In this document: piece by piece, positions 46,701 through 58,190 of the stretch
Numbering within the stretch: the first letter of the stretch is position 1
Layout of the letters: each line of letters opens with the position of its first letter
NCBI GenBank assembly: GCA_010093605.1
Contig: MU004185.1
Span: 1,323,334 to 1,387,333, forward strand
DNA length: 64,000 nt
Source of the DNA: Lophium mytilinum
Taxonomy: Eukaryota
Direction of reading: 5' to 3'
The notes under the pieces: generated by a model
Database searches by the model: none
The model's input: the letters and a program-made list of their open reading frames with translations, nothing else
What the model was told of the DNA's origin: nothing
Position numbers and translations under genes: made by a program

Positions 46701-49496
46701 CCATCTTGGTACGTACCTCCCCCCCCCGAATCTTGGTACAACGGCCGTATGCGCCGTCCCAGACTCACCCTCAGCTTGACACATTGTGGCTGCTTTCACG
46801 CGCTTGGCAGTGCCTCCACGCGCCGATCGCTGTCGGCGTCCGAGGCGTGAACTGAGAATGGACTCCGATGCCGCTCGGCGAGCTCCTGGCATCATGGGGT
46901 ATCATCCAGATGCCGCCCGTCCCAACAAAGGAATGAAAAGCAATCATCTGGCGTCCTCCTTCAACCTGCTGCCCCTCTGTTACACGCGCCAATAGGCCTC
47001 CTGACCACCGAGCAGGACCAGAATAGCATCGGTACGCTCATTCCTCCGCGGGCTGCAATCGCGAGCAAAAGCAACAGCAAGCTTCTTCATCTGGCACGTT
47101 GAGCGCCCTGATTGCCATCTGCTCTTCAGTTGTATCTGTTCCCGCGCCATGGCCGATCTCCGCCACCACAAGTGCCCAGCTCCCGAAACCACATGCTCAA
47201 CATGGCCAGATCCGTAGTGCAACTCGCACATGGCTTTGACGGCCACACCATCGACTTCGACGAAATGACCCGGGCCGAATGTGCGACCACACGCTCCCGA
47301 TAACCCGGGTTGCGACTAAAACGCCGTTGTGTCAGGTGCGAGAGCATGCCCTGTAGCCGGCGGCAGCGTGCAGTATGCCATTCTTCACGATCCACTGCAC
47401 CCGCCGATGTCAAATACAGCGTGATCTGCCACGTCGGCAAGGACGGCGTTCGAAGTTCTCCTATATCAATGGAACGTTGTCTGGCGCTATTGCGGTATAG
47501 TTCGTCATTGTCACTAACCCGTAGGCCAGAATTGATACTTGAGACCTCATGAAGTCATGAAAAGCCCCTTAGCAACCGTATTATTATACCAGCTTCTCGT
47601 GCGCTTCGTGGCGTTGCGGCGGGATCGTGTGCATACCGAGCCAATACGTTCTGCTCTCGCGTGGTAGGTCCCAAGTTCTAAGGGTGGCTATATCATAACA
47701 GCCATACTATTGCACAGGTGCGTTCTCGCGTTGCATTCGCGCCACGCCGGCATCTGGAGGCAAGCAGTATGATTGCTCCTGTCTCAGCGCTATCTCCTAT
47801 CCTCGCCGCATGGAATTCTTACGGGCGCCGAGAAATGCGTCGGGTTCGTTGATTGTCTTATTCCAATTTATCGAATTCATGCGGAAACCGTATTCAGATC
47901 TAGCTGCCGACGTCTTTGTCATTACCAACAATCCACTTTCCTAGTCGCTTGTGAATGCTTTGGAGATGTGGCCGCTAGATGAGACACACTCGTCAATAAA
48001 TCACAGCACATATTGCACGTTGCCGTCCCACCCTCTGTCCACGCTTCACAACCTGCGGGCCATTTTCATCCAACGAGGCAGCGTTTCCCCCTCTGTAGTC
48101 CGACCTTCGAAGCAAGAACAACACGTTGCAGTGTCACTCCTGGTTGGCATCAACGGCTTCGGAGTCTGTCGTGCGGCCCTTCAATCAAAGGGCGACATAT
48201 GCACTAAGGGACCTTGCTTTTCCCACGCGTGACACTACTTGGACGGGAGTGTAGCTAAACAATACAATATGGAAGCCAGCATGTTTATGTATACATGAGC
48301 TGTTCTTTGCATATCAATTCACAGAGTCGGCGCCATGAGAGTCTTAGAGCGACATGGAATAATCGTTGCTGCCGAGATGGCGTGGGTGTCAAACAATGCG
48401 GATACATACGATACGCTCTGTCTACTATATATGCCACTCCGCTGGAAATGCTTTCCTTTTGGGATCATGCCGAACCATGCCCAGCAGGATCACCCCCAGG
48501 ACGCCCCTGAGAAGCTGCAAAAACTCCGAATTGGCCACTCTGGAAATGCACTTTAGAGATACTCGGTCACACCGAAAGCTGCCAACCCCCTATTCACTCC
48601 CCCAACGCGTGCTGCTACACCAACCCCCAGCCCTCTCTCCCCTACACAGTCGTACGTTTACGTCGCAGACATCAGCATGCTGTTTGCTGGATGTTGGATG
48701 CTGGATGCATACTCCCCAAACCAACCCGCCCCGTAGCCCATGCCCCAGTGCAGACGCAGCCAAGTCCGCAATGCAAACTGTTCAACGGCCTCGCCGACAT
48801 GGCCTCAAACGGACAAACAAGTACAAAGGGGCTCACTCCGGCATCCCAATCCGCCAGGATCGATATCCCCGAGATCCCCCACACCCGCGCCGCGCCCTAG
48901 AGAGATATCGCTAGCAACGTGCAGCTCGCGAGGCGTGGCCCCCCGCCGGGAGACAGGGGCTCTATCTCTATTTTAGCAATGCTGGCATCGGCAGTGAGTG
49001 CAGGAGCGGTTGGAATCCGGGGGGCGGGTTATCGGGGATGCGTGATTGGGTGGGTGGAAGGCGAAGCGTGGGGATCTGGTTAAGGGGGATCTGAGGTGCG
49101 GCGGGCCTCTTCGTTCGATGGGGATGTTGCTGAAGGGGGGGCTGTGGGCGAAAGGGATGTAGATCTGTAGCTGAGGCTAGAAGTCTATGTACGACCTTTC
49201 TTGGAGTCTGGTATTAGCACTATGGTAGGGGCTGCTTGTGGTTTTGTGCTGGAGAGTGTTCGGTTCATCACGTGCTCGGCCCGTTGCATCCGGGCCGAGC
49301 TTGGAGGGGCAGCCTGGGCACGGGCCACTTGAGCTGCCTTTCTTCGAGGCGGCAACAACAAGATTTCTCCCTCCAACAACAGACAACACGCTGCCCGTCG
49401 GCACAACACGGCAGAGGACTACATACTGGCTAATCAAGGACTTATCGTACAGCATCTATTATAGTCCTTTCCAGCTTAGCCGTCACCTCGCTCGCT

Positions 49497-51020
49497 ATGG
49501 ATCTTGTCGCGTCGGATGCTGCGTCATTGCAGCAGACCGTTGATGGAGTCCTCGTCACCCCAATCGTCGACAGCGCCGAAGACAACGCCGAAAAACCCTT
49601 CCGTTTCTTTGCCCTGCCTCGCGAACTTCGAGATCAGGTCTACCATCATGTCTTCGAACTCCCGGACTCGCGATCCCCGCGCGCGCTCTGTATCGAACGT
49701 CGCCATTTGGCATTCTTCAAGCCTACCCCCGCATCGATTCTCTTGATCCTTCACCAAGAAGACTTACTCTGGAATCGACAAGTAGCGCGCGAGGCGCTGG
49801 AGGTGTTGTTCAAGAAGCATACGGTGTTCTTGTCAAGCGGGCCATTTGTGCTCACGAGGTTTCTGAAGATGATTCAGGAGCAAGTAGGCTGTCACAGAGG
49901 GCAGAAGGTTGACATCAACAAGGCTGACAATGAACAGGCTGGAGCCGATCTTGGATCTGCACTCCAGCACGTTGATGACCCAATGGGGCCAGTGGTGCTG
50001 AGCTGGTTGAAGCGAATCGAGCTTGACTGGATTACTTTTCCCAACCTGAGATTTTACCCTCCGTGGCGATGGGATGATGCCCCGTCGGTTCCATGGGTTG
50101 ATCCATGGGTTGATGAAGATCCTTCCAGCTTCAATTCACCTCCACGTCCTAAAGAACTTCGAACCGAGACCTCCTGGAACTACGCTGGAGAAAGCAGCGA
50201 ATACTATGACGACAACTACTACGATGACCGAAAAGGCTGGCCGGACTACTCCTGGGAAGAGTTCTACGAGGATGCTCAAGATGTACAAGACGCGCGAGAG
50301 GACGACGACCCGGAGGAGCAAGACTCGGGCGACCCATTCGGCTTCGACGGGCACTACCCTTTCTCCGATCCGACCTCGGAACCACGATGGGACGACTCTA
50401 CCCCTAGGGATGCGCGCACCGCACTCGACCGCCTTATATCACGCGAAGTGATGCCGTTGTTCGCATATCTCTCAACTCCGCCGATCGCCCTCACCAGCAT
50501 CACCATACCGCTCTTCTTCGTGTCGCGTCCAAAGCACCATAGCCGCGCCTCGCTACCAGAAGACATGAAACTGCCTCTACGCATCCGCTACTGGACCAAA
50601 GTCATCGCGTCTGCCCTGTACATGCTGCTCAACCGAACCGATAATCAACCACTGCAAGAGGTCCGCATCCGGTACGCGCCGTTCGATATCTGGGCGTCGC
50701 TAGAGCCTACAGACGACCTGTTGAAACTTGAGAGCGAGGGATTATGGAACACGGAGGGCGAATTTAACTTCAAGTCCGGTGACGGCGAGGGCCAAGCGTT
50801 CAAGGCTGTGCAGGCAGAATTGCGGGAATTAGGCGTGGAATGGGGCCCAAAAACGGTGGATGTAAAGGCACGCATCGTGAAGTGGACTCTAGAGACGGGT
50901 GGGGAGAAGCCGGGAGACGAGCTGGAGCTGGTGGTTACGAAGAAGGAGATTAGTGAGTTTGAGGAACTAGAGCGGGAGCTTGTGCCTCCCAATCGGCGTG
51001 GCTCACCGGTATACCAGTAG
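49497..51020 (+). CDS. Hypothetical protein with N-terminal F-box-like motif (507 aa)
   Basis: PFRFFALPRELRDQVYHHVF motif; intronless ORF with an acidic central region. Confidence 0.8.
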   Translation: MDLVASDAASLQQTVDGVLVTPIVDSAEDNAEKPFRFFALPRELRDQVYHHVFELPDSRSPRALCIERRHLAFFKPTPASILLILHQEDLLWNRQVAREALEVLFKKHTVFLSSGPFVLTRFLKMIQEQVGCHRGQKVDINKADNEQAGADLGSALQHVDDPMGPVVLSWLKRIELDWITFPNLRFYPPWRWDDAPSVPWVDPWVDEDPSSFNSPPRPKELRTETSWNYAGESSEYYDDNYYDDRKGWPDYSWEEFYEDAQDVQDAREDDDPEEQDSGDPFGFDGHYPFSDPTSEPRWDDSTPRDARTALDRLISREVMPLFAYLSTPPIALTSITIPLFFVSRPKHHSRASLPEDMKLPLRIRYWTKVIASALYMLLNRTDNQPLQEVRIRYAPFDIWASLEPTDDLLKLESEGLWNTEGEFNFKSGDGEGQAFKAVQAELRELGVEWGPKTVDVKARIVKWTLETGGEKPGDELELVVTKKEISEFEELERELVPPNRRGSPVYQ

Positions 51021-51117
51021 GGTGGAGAGGGGAGGAGACGGCGTGAGGAATTGTAGGATATTGTACGAATGTTGGTATAATGGCCGAACGAAATGGGGCG
51101 AGTTTGGGGTTGAACTG

Positions 51118-51243
51118 TAAGATATGAGAGTAATATGAGAATATTGAACAAGTACAGTAGTATGCTACACGCTTGGTGTTGATTTGAAAGATATGCGAGT
51201 AATACGAGAACATTGAACAACAAGTACAGTAGTAGGCCACCCG
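51118..51243. repeat. Tandem duplication of ~69-bp period (2 copies)
   Basis: AAGATATGMGAGTAATAYGAGAAYATTGAACAA..GTACAGTAGTA occurs at ~51119 and ~51188. Confidence 0.8.
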
Positions 51244-51254
51244 TTCAGCACTCA

Positions 51255-52320
51255 GATATAGCACTGTTCGAGGTTCAGTCTTGCTCACTCGATACCGCCG
51301 TAGGGAGTGGCTCAACTGGAAGGTTTCCAGTTAACAAAAAGACGGCCTAATATCCATTTCCTTGACCTGTACCACGAATCTAGGCCCCCAAATATTATCA
51401 CATCAATATAGCACTGTTCAACGTCTTTTCTTACTTGCTCCATACCACTGTAAGGAGTAGCTCAACTAGCAGGTTATTAGTTGACCAAAAGGCAGCCTGA
51501 TTTCCACATCCTTAAGCTTTGCACCGAGACCACGAATTTAGGTGTGAGCACGTCTAATACTGCTCGCTCGATGCCACTGTCGGGGGGTAGCTCTACTAGC
51601 AGGTTAAAGTTAGCTAATAGGCAGCCTGATCTCGACTGTATTAACCTCTACATCGTCATCACGAATCCAGGTCTACACGCCTCCGATACTGCTCACTCAG
51701 TGCCACCGTGAGGAGTGGCTCGACCAAACAGTACCTAATAGGACAAAAGGCAGCCTGGTTTCTACTTGTCAACCTCTACGTTCTCACAAGTGACTATGAA
51801 TCTAGGTCTGCATGCTTTTAGCACTGCTCGCTTGATGCCGCTGTACGTAGGGGCCCAAGTGGCAGGTTTTCAGTCGGTCAAAAGGTAGCATAGTTTCCAC
51901 TACATCGACCTTAACATCGCATTCATAATTCTGATAACACTTAGGGGCACCCCAAACAGTAGCGCGCAAGGGTTAGCGGGGGTTCGCAAACATATATCCA
52001 GTACTAGACCCTAACGTTTAGATCCACATGTCTCCGTTATTTCTCCCTTGATACCACTGTAAGGAGCACCCCAGTGAGCAGATCTTGTCTCCGCCAAGAG
52101 GCAACCCGGTTTCCTCTATATCGATTTTGATAGTGTATTCAGAACCTAGACAGCCCTTGGGGGCACCCCAAGCAGTAGCAAGGAAGGATACGCAATCCCA
52201 TTTCTGTGTACAGTCCCCTGAACTCAGAATTACAAGCTTCCGCTATTTCCCACCTGATACCACCGTCAGGAGCAGCCCAGCTCGCAGATCCTCACTCCGC
52301 CAAAACGCAACCTGGTTACC
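51255..52320. repeat. Degenerate satellite, 7 units of ~130-215 bp
   Basis: Core RTRCCRCYGT, usually followed by R(A/G)GGAG(T/C)R(G/C)C, at 51292, 51442, 51571, 51700, 51835, 52051 and 52257. AGGCAGCCTG and CGAATYYAGG also recur. Confidence 0.85.
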
Positions 52321-54395
52321 ATATCGTCCTCCAATCCTCCCTCGTAATCCGCTCCTCCCGCAACAAATCCATCTCCTCCCCCCACATCACCCTCCCCGTG
52401 CCCCTCCCCGCCGGCACCGCAAAAAACGCCGCTTTAAGCGCGGGCGCCGCATCCGAGTACACCGCGTCATGAATCCGCATCTCCTCCGCCGGCCACTCCC
52501 CCTCCTCCACACACCGCGTCTCCTCGCGCAGGATGATCCGCGCCACGCTCGCCGCGCTCGTCGACGTCGTCCAGAGCCCTTCGCGGCGCGGATACTGGCG
52601 CAGCAGGGACAGAGCGTCACGGCGGACGTGGGGGTGGCGGCAGCGGTGGGCGATGAAGTAGACGGGGGCGATGAGCTGGGGCTCGAAGGAGAAGACAGGG
52701 CAGGACGGTGTGTCGTCAGGGAGGCCGGCGCCAGACTCGAGGACCTGGGTAGAGAGGGCGAGGGCGAGTTTGAAGGCGGGGAGGTGGGTGTCGTAGGCCA
52801 TCTCGGTGGGGTCCATGCAGCAGGTTAGCCAGATGTGGGTGACGGTGTAGAGGATGCGCAGGACGGTGCTGGCTTCGTGTAGCGAGGGCGTCGTGCAGAT
52901 GGTGGCGGTCGAGGCGTCGAAGGCGGCAAGCCATTGTGGGATCACGGCGCAGAATTGGGCGTGCTCGTCCAGTTCGCCAGGGAAGAAGCCGCAGGGGTCG
53001 TATTTTTTGCGGTTGTATTTCATGATGGTCATTAAGGCGAGGTTCATGATGTCGAAGAGTGAGAGGCGGGCTTCGTGGAGGGTGGAGAATTTGTCTGGTA
53101 TATAGAGAACTAGCCCACCCGTGGTAGAGGATGGCGATAGGTAGAGTTGAGGTGCGCTGTGACCGAAAAGTAGGGCTGTCTAATGGTAGTAGTTCACATG
53201 TCAGCCGTTCTGCTATAGAGAAGGGGATTTTAGGATAGAATCTGGATCTTCGGACGTCCTGGGGTGCCACTTAAATCGTGTTCAAGACACCATTGGGGCT
53301 TAATCTGGTGCATAAAGGGACTGGACTGTGTGCTCAAACGCGAACTTAAGTAGGTGCTGAAACACGACCTGTGAAATAATGACACCAGAGGACTCTGGTA
53401 TATGTGATACGACCTTACATACCATTGTGAACCGTGCGAAAGCTGGCACCAGCTTGTCTTCTACAAAGGTAAGAGTAGTGCTCTCTGGTGAAGTAAGCAG
53501 CTTTTGCGAAGCTGAAGGTATACCAAGCCGTCTTCGAGCTCGAAGCGTCGCTAGTATGTCCAGACCACTCAAGAAGTGTGCCATGGCGAACTCGGTGTGC
53601 TCAGCGCGTAGTATTTCCATGCATACAAAAAGGATGCAGGTAACCAAAGATATCTCTAAAGCGTTCGATTCTATCTGCATACGAGCGATTAGACATCTAA
53701 TAGCCTCGTTATAGTGTTTCAAGTAGAACCTCTTTCCTTGAGCTGGCAGAACAAGCGGGCATGCTGTTTGCCGCTGTTCCATTCCCCTCTCGTACAGATA
53801 GCTTATGACCATAGTCGCATGTCGTATAGCTGGCTCTACGGAAGCGAACTGGAGCACTATCCGCATCCAAAGATCCGAATCGAGATTTCCAGATAGCCTA
53901 GGACCGGCGCGATGGAAGTAATAGTTTAGATACCGTGACTCTTCAGGGCTGCCAGCCAGGGAATGGAGGGACTTGTCCGCTCTGATAAAAGGTTTGATGG
54001 TACTTTGGTTGAAATTCACAAAGCTACGTCCGACCGGCGAGGTTGAGTACCCATCGCACTTTCTTCCTGTGCTTGTGCATCTGTGATATGTGAGTTAACA
54101 GCTTGCGTTATCACTGGAAAAATGATTACCTTAGGCAATGGGGTTTCGCCTCGTCACACTTGATTTTTCGAATTCTGGACGAGGGTTATTACGAATTCTA
54201 AGTAATGATAGAGTATAAGAATTGTGAATTCGGTCTTGCGATTGCGAACTGTGGATCGTGAATGGAGCGAAAGAAAAGTAAGAAATGGGTTTCAGAGTTC
54301 CGGCCTACATACTTGCAGGTTTCGCAGCCAGTCCTGACCTTCGCGTTCGGCCTCCGCGCCTTTATTCTGCAACTTGATTTGGTAGACCCTCCCAT
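52316..54395 (-). CDS. Zn(II)2Cys6 fungal transcription factor
   Basis: KVRTGCETCK|IRKIKCDEAKPHCLR|CTSTGRKCDGY across introns 54312-54175 and 54129-54081. The C-terminal fungal TF domain includes EPAIRHA, LVTCILFVCMEIL and CRHPHVRRDALSLL. A further intron lies near 53422-53180. Confidence 0.92.
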
Positions 54396-55257
54396 GACAA
54401 AGGATCTAGAACTGGAGGATGTCTTTTCTAGAATTGCGTACAGCTGTGTGCTGCTCTCTGAAGCGCCGTGATGCGCCGTCATGGATCTAAACGAGTTGGA
54501 AGCAATGAATTGTGAACGGCTGGTAAAGTAGCGGGGCCAATCTAGACGACGGTATTTCTCAATCTTTTCGCCAACGTCGGAGCGACAGTACTGTATTGGC
54601 TACAACTTTCTGAAAACATATCGGAGTACGGACGGTCGATTGCGGCCTGGCAAGAAGGAGGTGGCGGAGCTTCGGCTGCCCTAGTACGATTTGAGGATCC
54701 TTGTCACCCACGATACATCCTGGTGTGACTGGAAACTCAATTCACTCAACTATTCATAGCATACTGGCGAGCCTTAAGCAATCGCATACCAGTGCGTGAT
54801 AAAGAACCAAGATCTGAATTTGTGCGGTCTTTGCAACTAGATGACGTGCCTCGACAGGTTTTGGAAACTCCAAAAACGACGCCAAAGTCAGCGCAGTGGA
54901 GGTTAGGGTACCATTTAGCTAACTGAAGACAGTCTACCTAAGGCACTTCTCACAGTGGTGGCAAGAGAGCAAAAATTGAAGCCAGAGAAGTCGTATATCC
55001 TTATGTTCAAACTTACTACCCAGCCCTGCATCCGGGAGAGCCTTGAGGAGTTAGTCTTCGGACGATGTGAAGCACTTTATCAATCCCTGTTTAAGCCAAA
55101 AAGATGTATGAGACAATATGAGTGTATGGTACTGAAGCTAAGAAGCTCAAGAGCAATTCGAGGAACTACCAAATGTGTGAAGTAGGCTGGAAGCGTGATA
55201 TTTGGTAGAAGAAGCTGATTTTGCACCCTTTCGCTCCTAGCTCACACTTCCGATTGT

Positions 55258-56480
55258 TCAAAGCCCCAGCATGCCGTGGGAATCGTCTAGCTTTTTGGCC
55301 GGAGCTAGGGGCACCAAACTGACCGCATTCCCGATCTTGACCTTCACGCCCTCCAATCGCACCTTCATAGCCCTAACTTCCTTGTCTAGGAACGCCTCCA
55401 CGTCCGGACCTTGCAACAAGTCTGTATATGCAGTGCCCGGGTCTTCCAATGTCCACGCTATGCTGATATGGAAAGCTTCCGACCGATCCTGGGGAGCTTC
55501 GACCTTCGTTGAGCTAGTAGAGCGTCTCGAACGTCGCCTCTTCTTTCTATGCTTCCGCCCCTCTGCATTTTCGATCTCATCCTTGATGTTCTCACTGCTG
55601 CCAGATCCAGAGTACAGTTCCGGCTGCCTAAACTCGACGGCGGTCGCGTTGCAAGCATCCAACAGCTTGTTAAGCTCATCCCCCTCCGGCTGCGCGAGAC
55701 CAAGCACCAGGAACCACCGCGTGCGTTCGTAATTAGGGACCCATTTCAGGGCTGTAGCTTCGGTATCGAAGGGGCGGACAGCGGCTTTGCGGATGTTGGT
55801 GGTTAGAGTGGCGAGAAGTGATTCGCGTTGAGTTGCGACGAGGACGAGCGAGCGCGAGAGGGAGATGTGGAGAGGCAGAGGCGTGCCGAGGGGTGAGAGG
55901 AGGGACGAGTGGATCCCGGGGTCGCTATCTGACAGTTCTTGTGCATGTTCGGCCTTTTGGACGAGGCTGATGAGAGTGCTGAGGGTGGTGGATTCTGTGA
56001 GTGTGGGGTGCCCTCGGGGCGTAATTAGCTAGATTCGATACGTTGATGTGCATTGCAAGCATTTGTTCTGATGCCTCAGAATACGTATCCGGAGCTAGAT
56101 ACAGGGTCGACAATTCAATCATAGCTAAACTCGTGGGGCCACCTCAGAGTGGTATGTGTACACAGATGGGTGACGAGGCATTGTAGAAGCAGGTTGCGGA
56201 GTGAGGGCTTACACTCTAGATAGACGTGGGTTAACCAATTGCCTTCTTTATGCGGAATTGCGCGCTTCCGGCCGCCATGAAGACTCGAGTCGTCACGCGT
56301 GGAGCGACGCGTGTCAGTAGCGTAGAGGTCGTAGAAGGCTGAGGGAAGTGGAGGGAGCTCGGAGGGAGCTTCAGCCTCATCCCGCGTGCGCTTCAACGCA
56401 TTCGTGTCGTTTTGATGCTGAAGGTCTGCGGGGGTGCCATTGCTCTCGTCTTCAGAATCAGAGTAGTTGACCAGCGGCAT
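55258..56480 (-). CDS. USB1: U6 snRNA 3' phosphodiesterase Usb1/Mpn1 (2H family)
   Basis: MPLVNYSDSE, HGGRKRAIPHKEGNWLTHVYLEW, and two HxS motifs (PLHISLSR, FHISIAW). Intron 56212-56013. Confidence 0.93.
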
Positions 56481-56827
56481 CAAGTTGGAGTGGGTGGAGC
56501 TTGGTGGAGGAGTGCAGGCCGGCTCCGATCTGAGCTACCTTGTTAGCGGTTCAGCCTAAGTCGAGCCCTATCGACTGGTTCAGGGCCCTCTGCGACCCAA
56601 GCTCCTGGACGAAGCGGGCCCTGCGAGAGGTGACGTTTTCAGGATGACATACGCGTCCCTGCCAGGGCATGCCCAACCGTTTTCCTGTTCTCTCACGTTG
56701 CCTGAGACTCTTCTGCATATACACCCGCAAGCCACCTTGACTGAAACGCTTCTGCATATCACCCGCAGAGCCACCTCATTGCACGCTCTCACCAAAACAT
56801 CGCAACACTCCACCTCCGACACTCGAC

Positions 56828-58190
56828 ATGGCCGCCGAAAAGGATTGGGTGAGTACGAGAGACACTATTTCGCACTTCATGCTGACAATCACAGGCTACA
56901 CATGCCCTGATAGACCCGCTCATCGAGCCCGACCCCAGCGACGAGACTGGTCTCAACTCTCACTTCCGCTCGACCTTTGCGCCCCGGAAGAGCTCTCCTT
57001 CTTCTCCGCCGGCATCCGCGTCGTTGAAAGAGAGCCCTCAAGTCCATGTCCGCTCCCAAGATACGGGCAGCTCTGCCAACTCCAACAATCCCTTCCGCCG
57101 CAGCATGAACTCCCCGACGCCCAGGTCTCCTAATCTCAACCATTCCCGTGGAGCCAGCCTCAACAGCCACAATGGCTACCCGTCTCCGCCGCAATCCGCA
57201 AGCCCGCGCCGGGAGCGATTTCCTCGCTACGAAGAAAAGCATGCCTCGCACCGCGAGCAAGCATTCGGCGCGTATTCTGCAGGTCGACCTCGCGGAAGCA
57301 GCCAGCCAGATCCCCTCTCCACATCCAAGCAATTTGAAGGCAGAGGCAGCGGCATTGCTCGCAACAACTCCCTGAGTGAACGCTATCCTGGTGACCACTC
57401 GAACCGCCCTCTGGACCTCATCCGCAATGACGAGAAGCGAGCCCATCGCTCGCCCCATCTGCGCAAGAAGCACCATCCAGGCGCCGACTCGATTGATCGT
57501 CTTGACATGACCACTTCCGCGTACCATCATGAAGGACCATATGATGCTGCTCTGCTTGCGCGTAACACGAGCTATAAGAGTAGCCCTGTTGCTGCCATTG
57601 CTCGCACTAATGAGGAGGCCTTGAGAGCGACTCCCCGCGAAAACGTCATTGACGCCATCTCCCGACATCGCCCACTGGAGGGAGTAGCAAATATGCCTCC
57701 CGGAGTACCGGATAGGTTCGGACGAGTTTTGAATTATGAAGAGGGCGCCGATTTGCAGAGAGAGCCGGGTGGGGACTACAGGCGCTGGCCTGGTGTGGTA
57801 AGTTTTTTTGTTTCTATCACGTGACTTACACACTACCTCGGAGTCGCCTGGTCATACCTGAATATGCTAACAATCGATTAGACCTACCTTGATGGGGATC
57901 TCAAAGGCAAAGGCGAGCCCTCTTACTCAATCGAGAAGGCTCTGAAGGACCACAAGACCCACGGCGAAGATGGCATTGAATTGAAGACGCGCTCTCGCAA
58001 CAAGTCTCTTAGCCACGCCGACGACCCTGCCGTGGCAAGCGGAAGCAGCGCCGGCGTCAGTACCGGCAATGGTGATCAGAGCTATGCAGACTGGGAAGGC
58101 GATATGAAACGCAGCAATACCACAGGGCGCAAGCTCTCGGGTAATCTGAAGAAGAGGTTTGGAAGCCTGAGGAAGCGCAATGCGTCTTAA
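56828..58190 (+). CDS. PAL1: Pal1 cell morphology protein
   Basis: NPF motif, DSIDRLD...YHHEGPYDA...N...SPVAA and DLKGKGEPS. Introns 56849-56894 and 57798-57880. Confidence 0.85.

Noticed and set aside
51255..52320. CRISPR-like repeat-spacer appearance
   Set aside because: Eukaryotic context, degenerate repeats, spacers homologous to each other and no cas genes.
1..56480. Co-location of RNA-processing genes RRN3, KRE33, NSR1 and USB1
   Set aside because: They are separated by many unrelated genes; there is no evidence beyond chance for a functional cluster.
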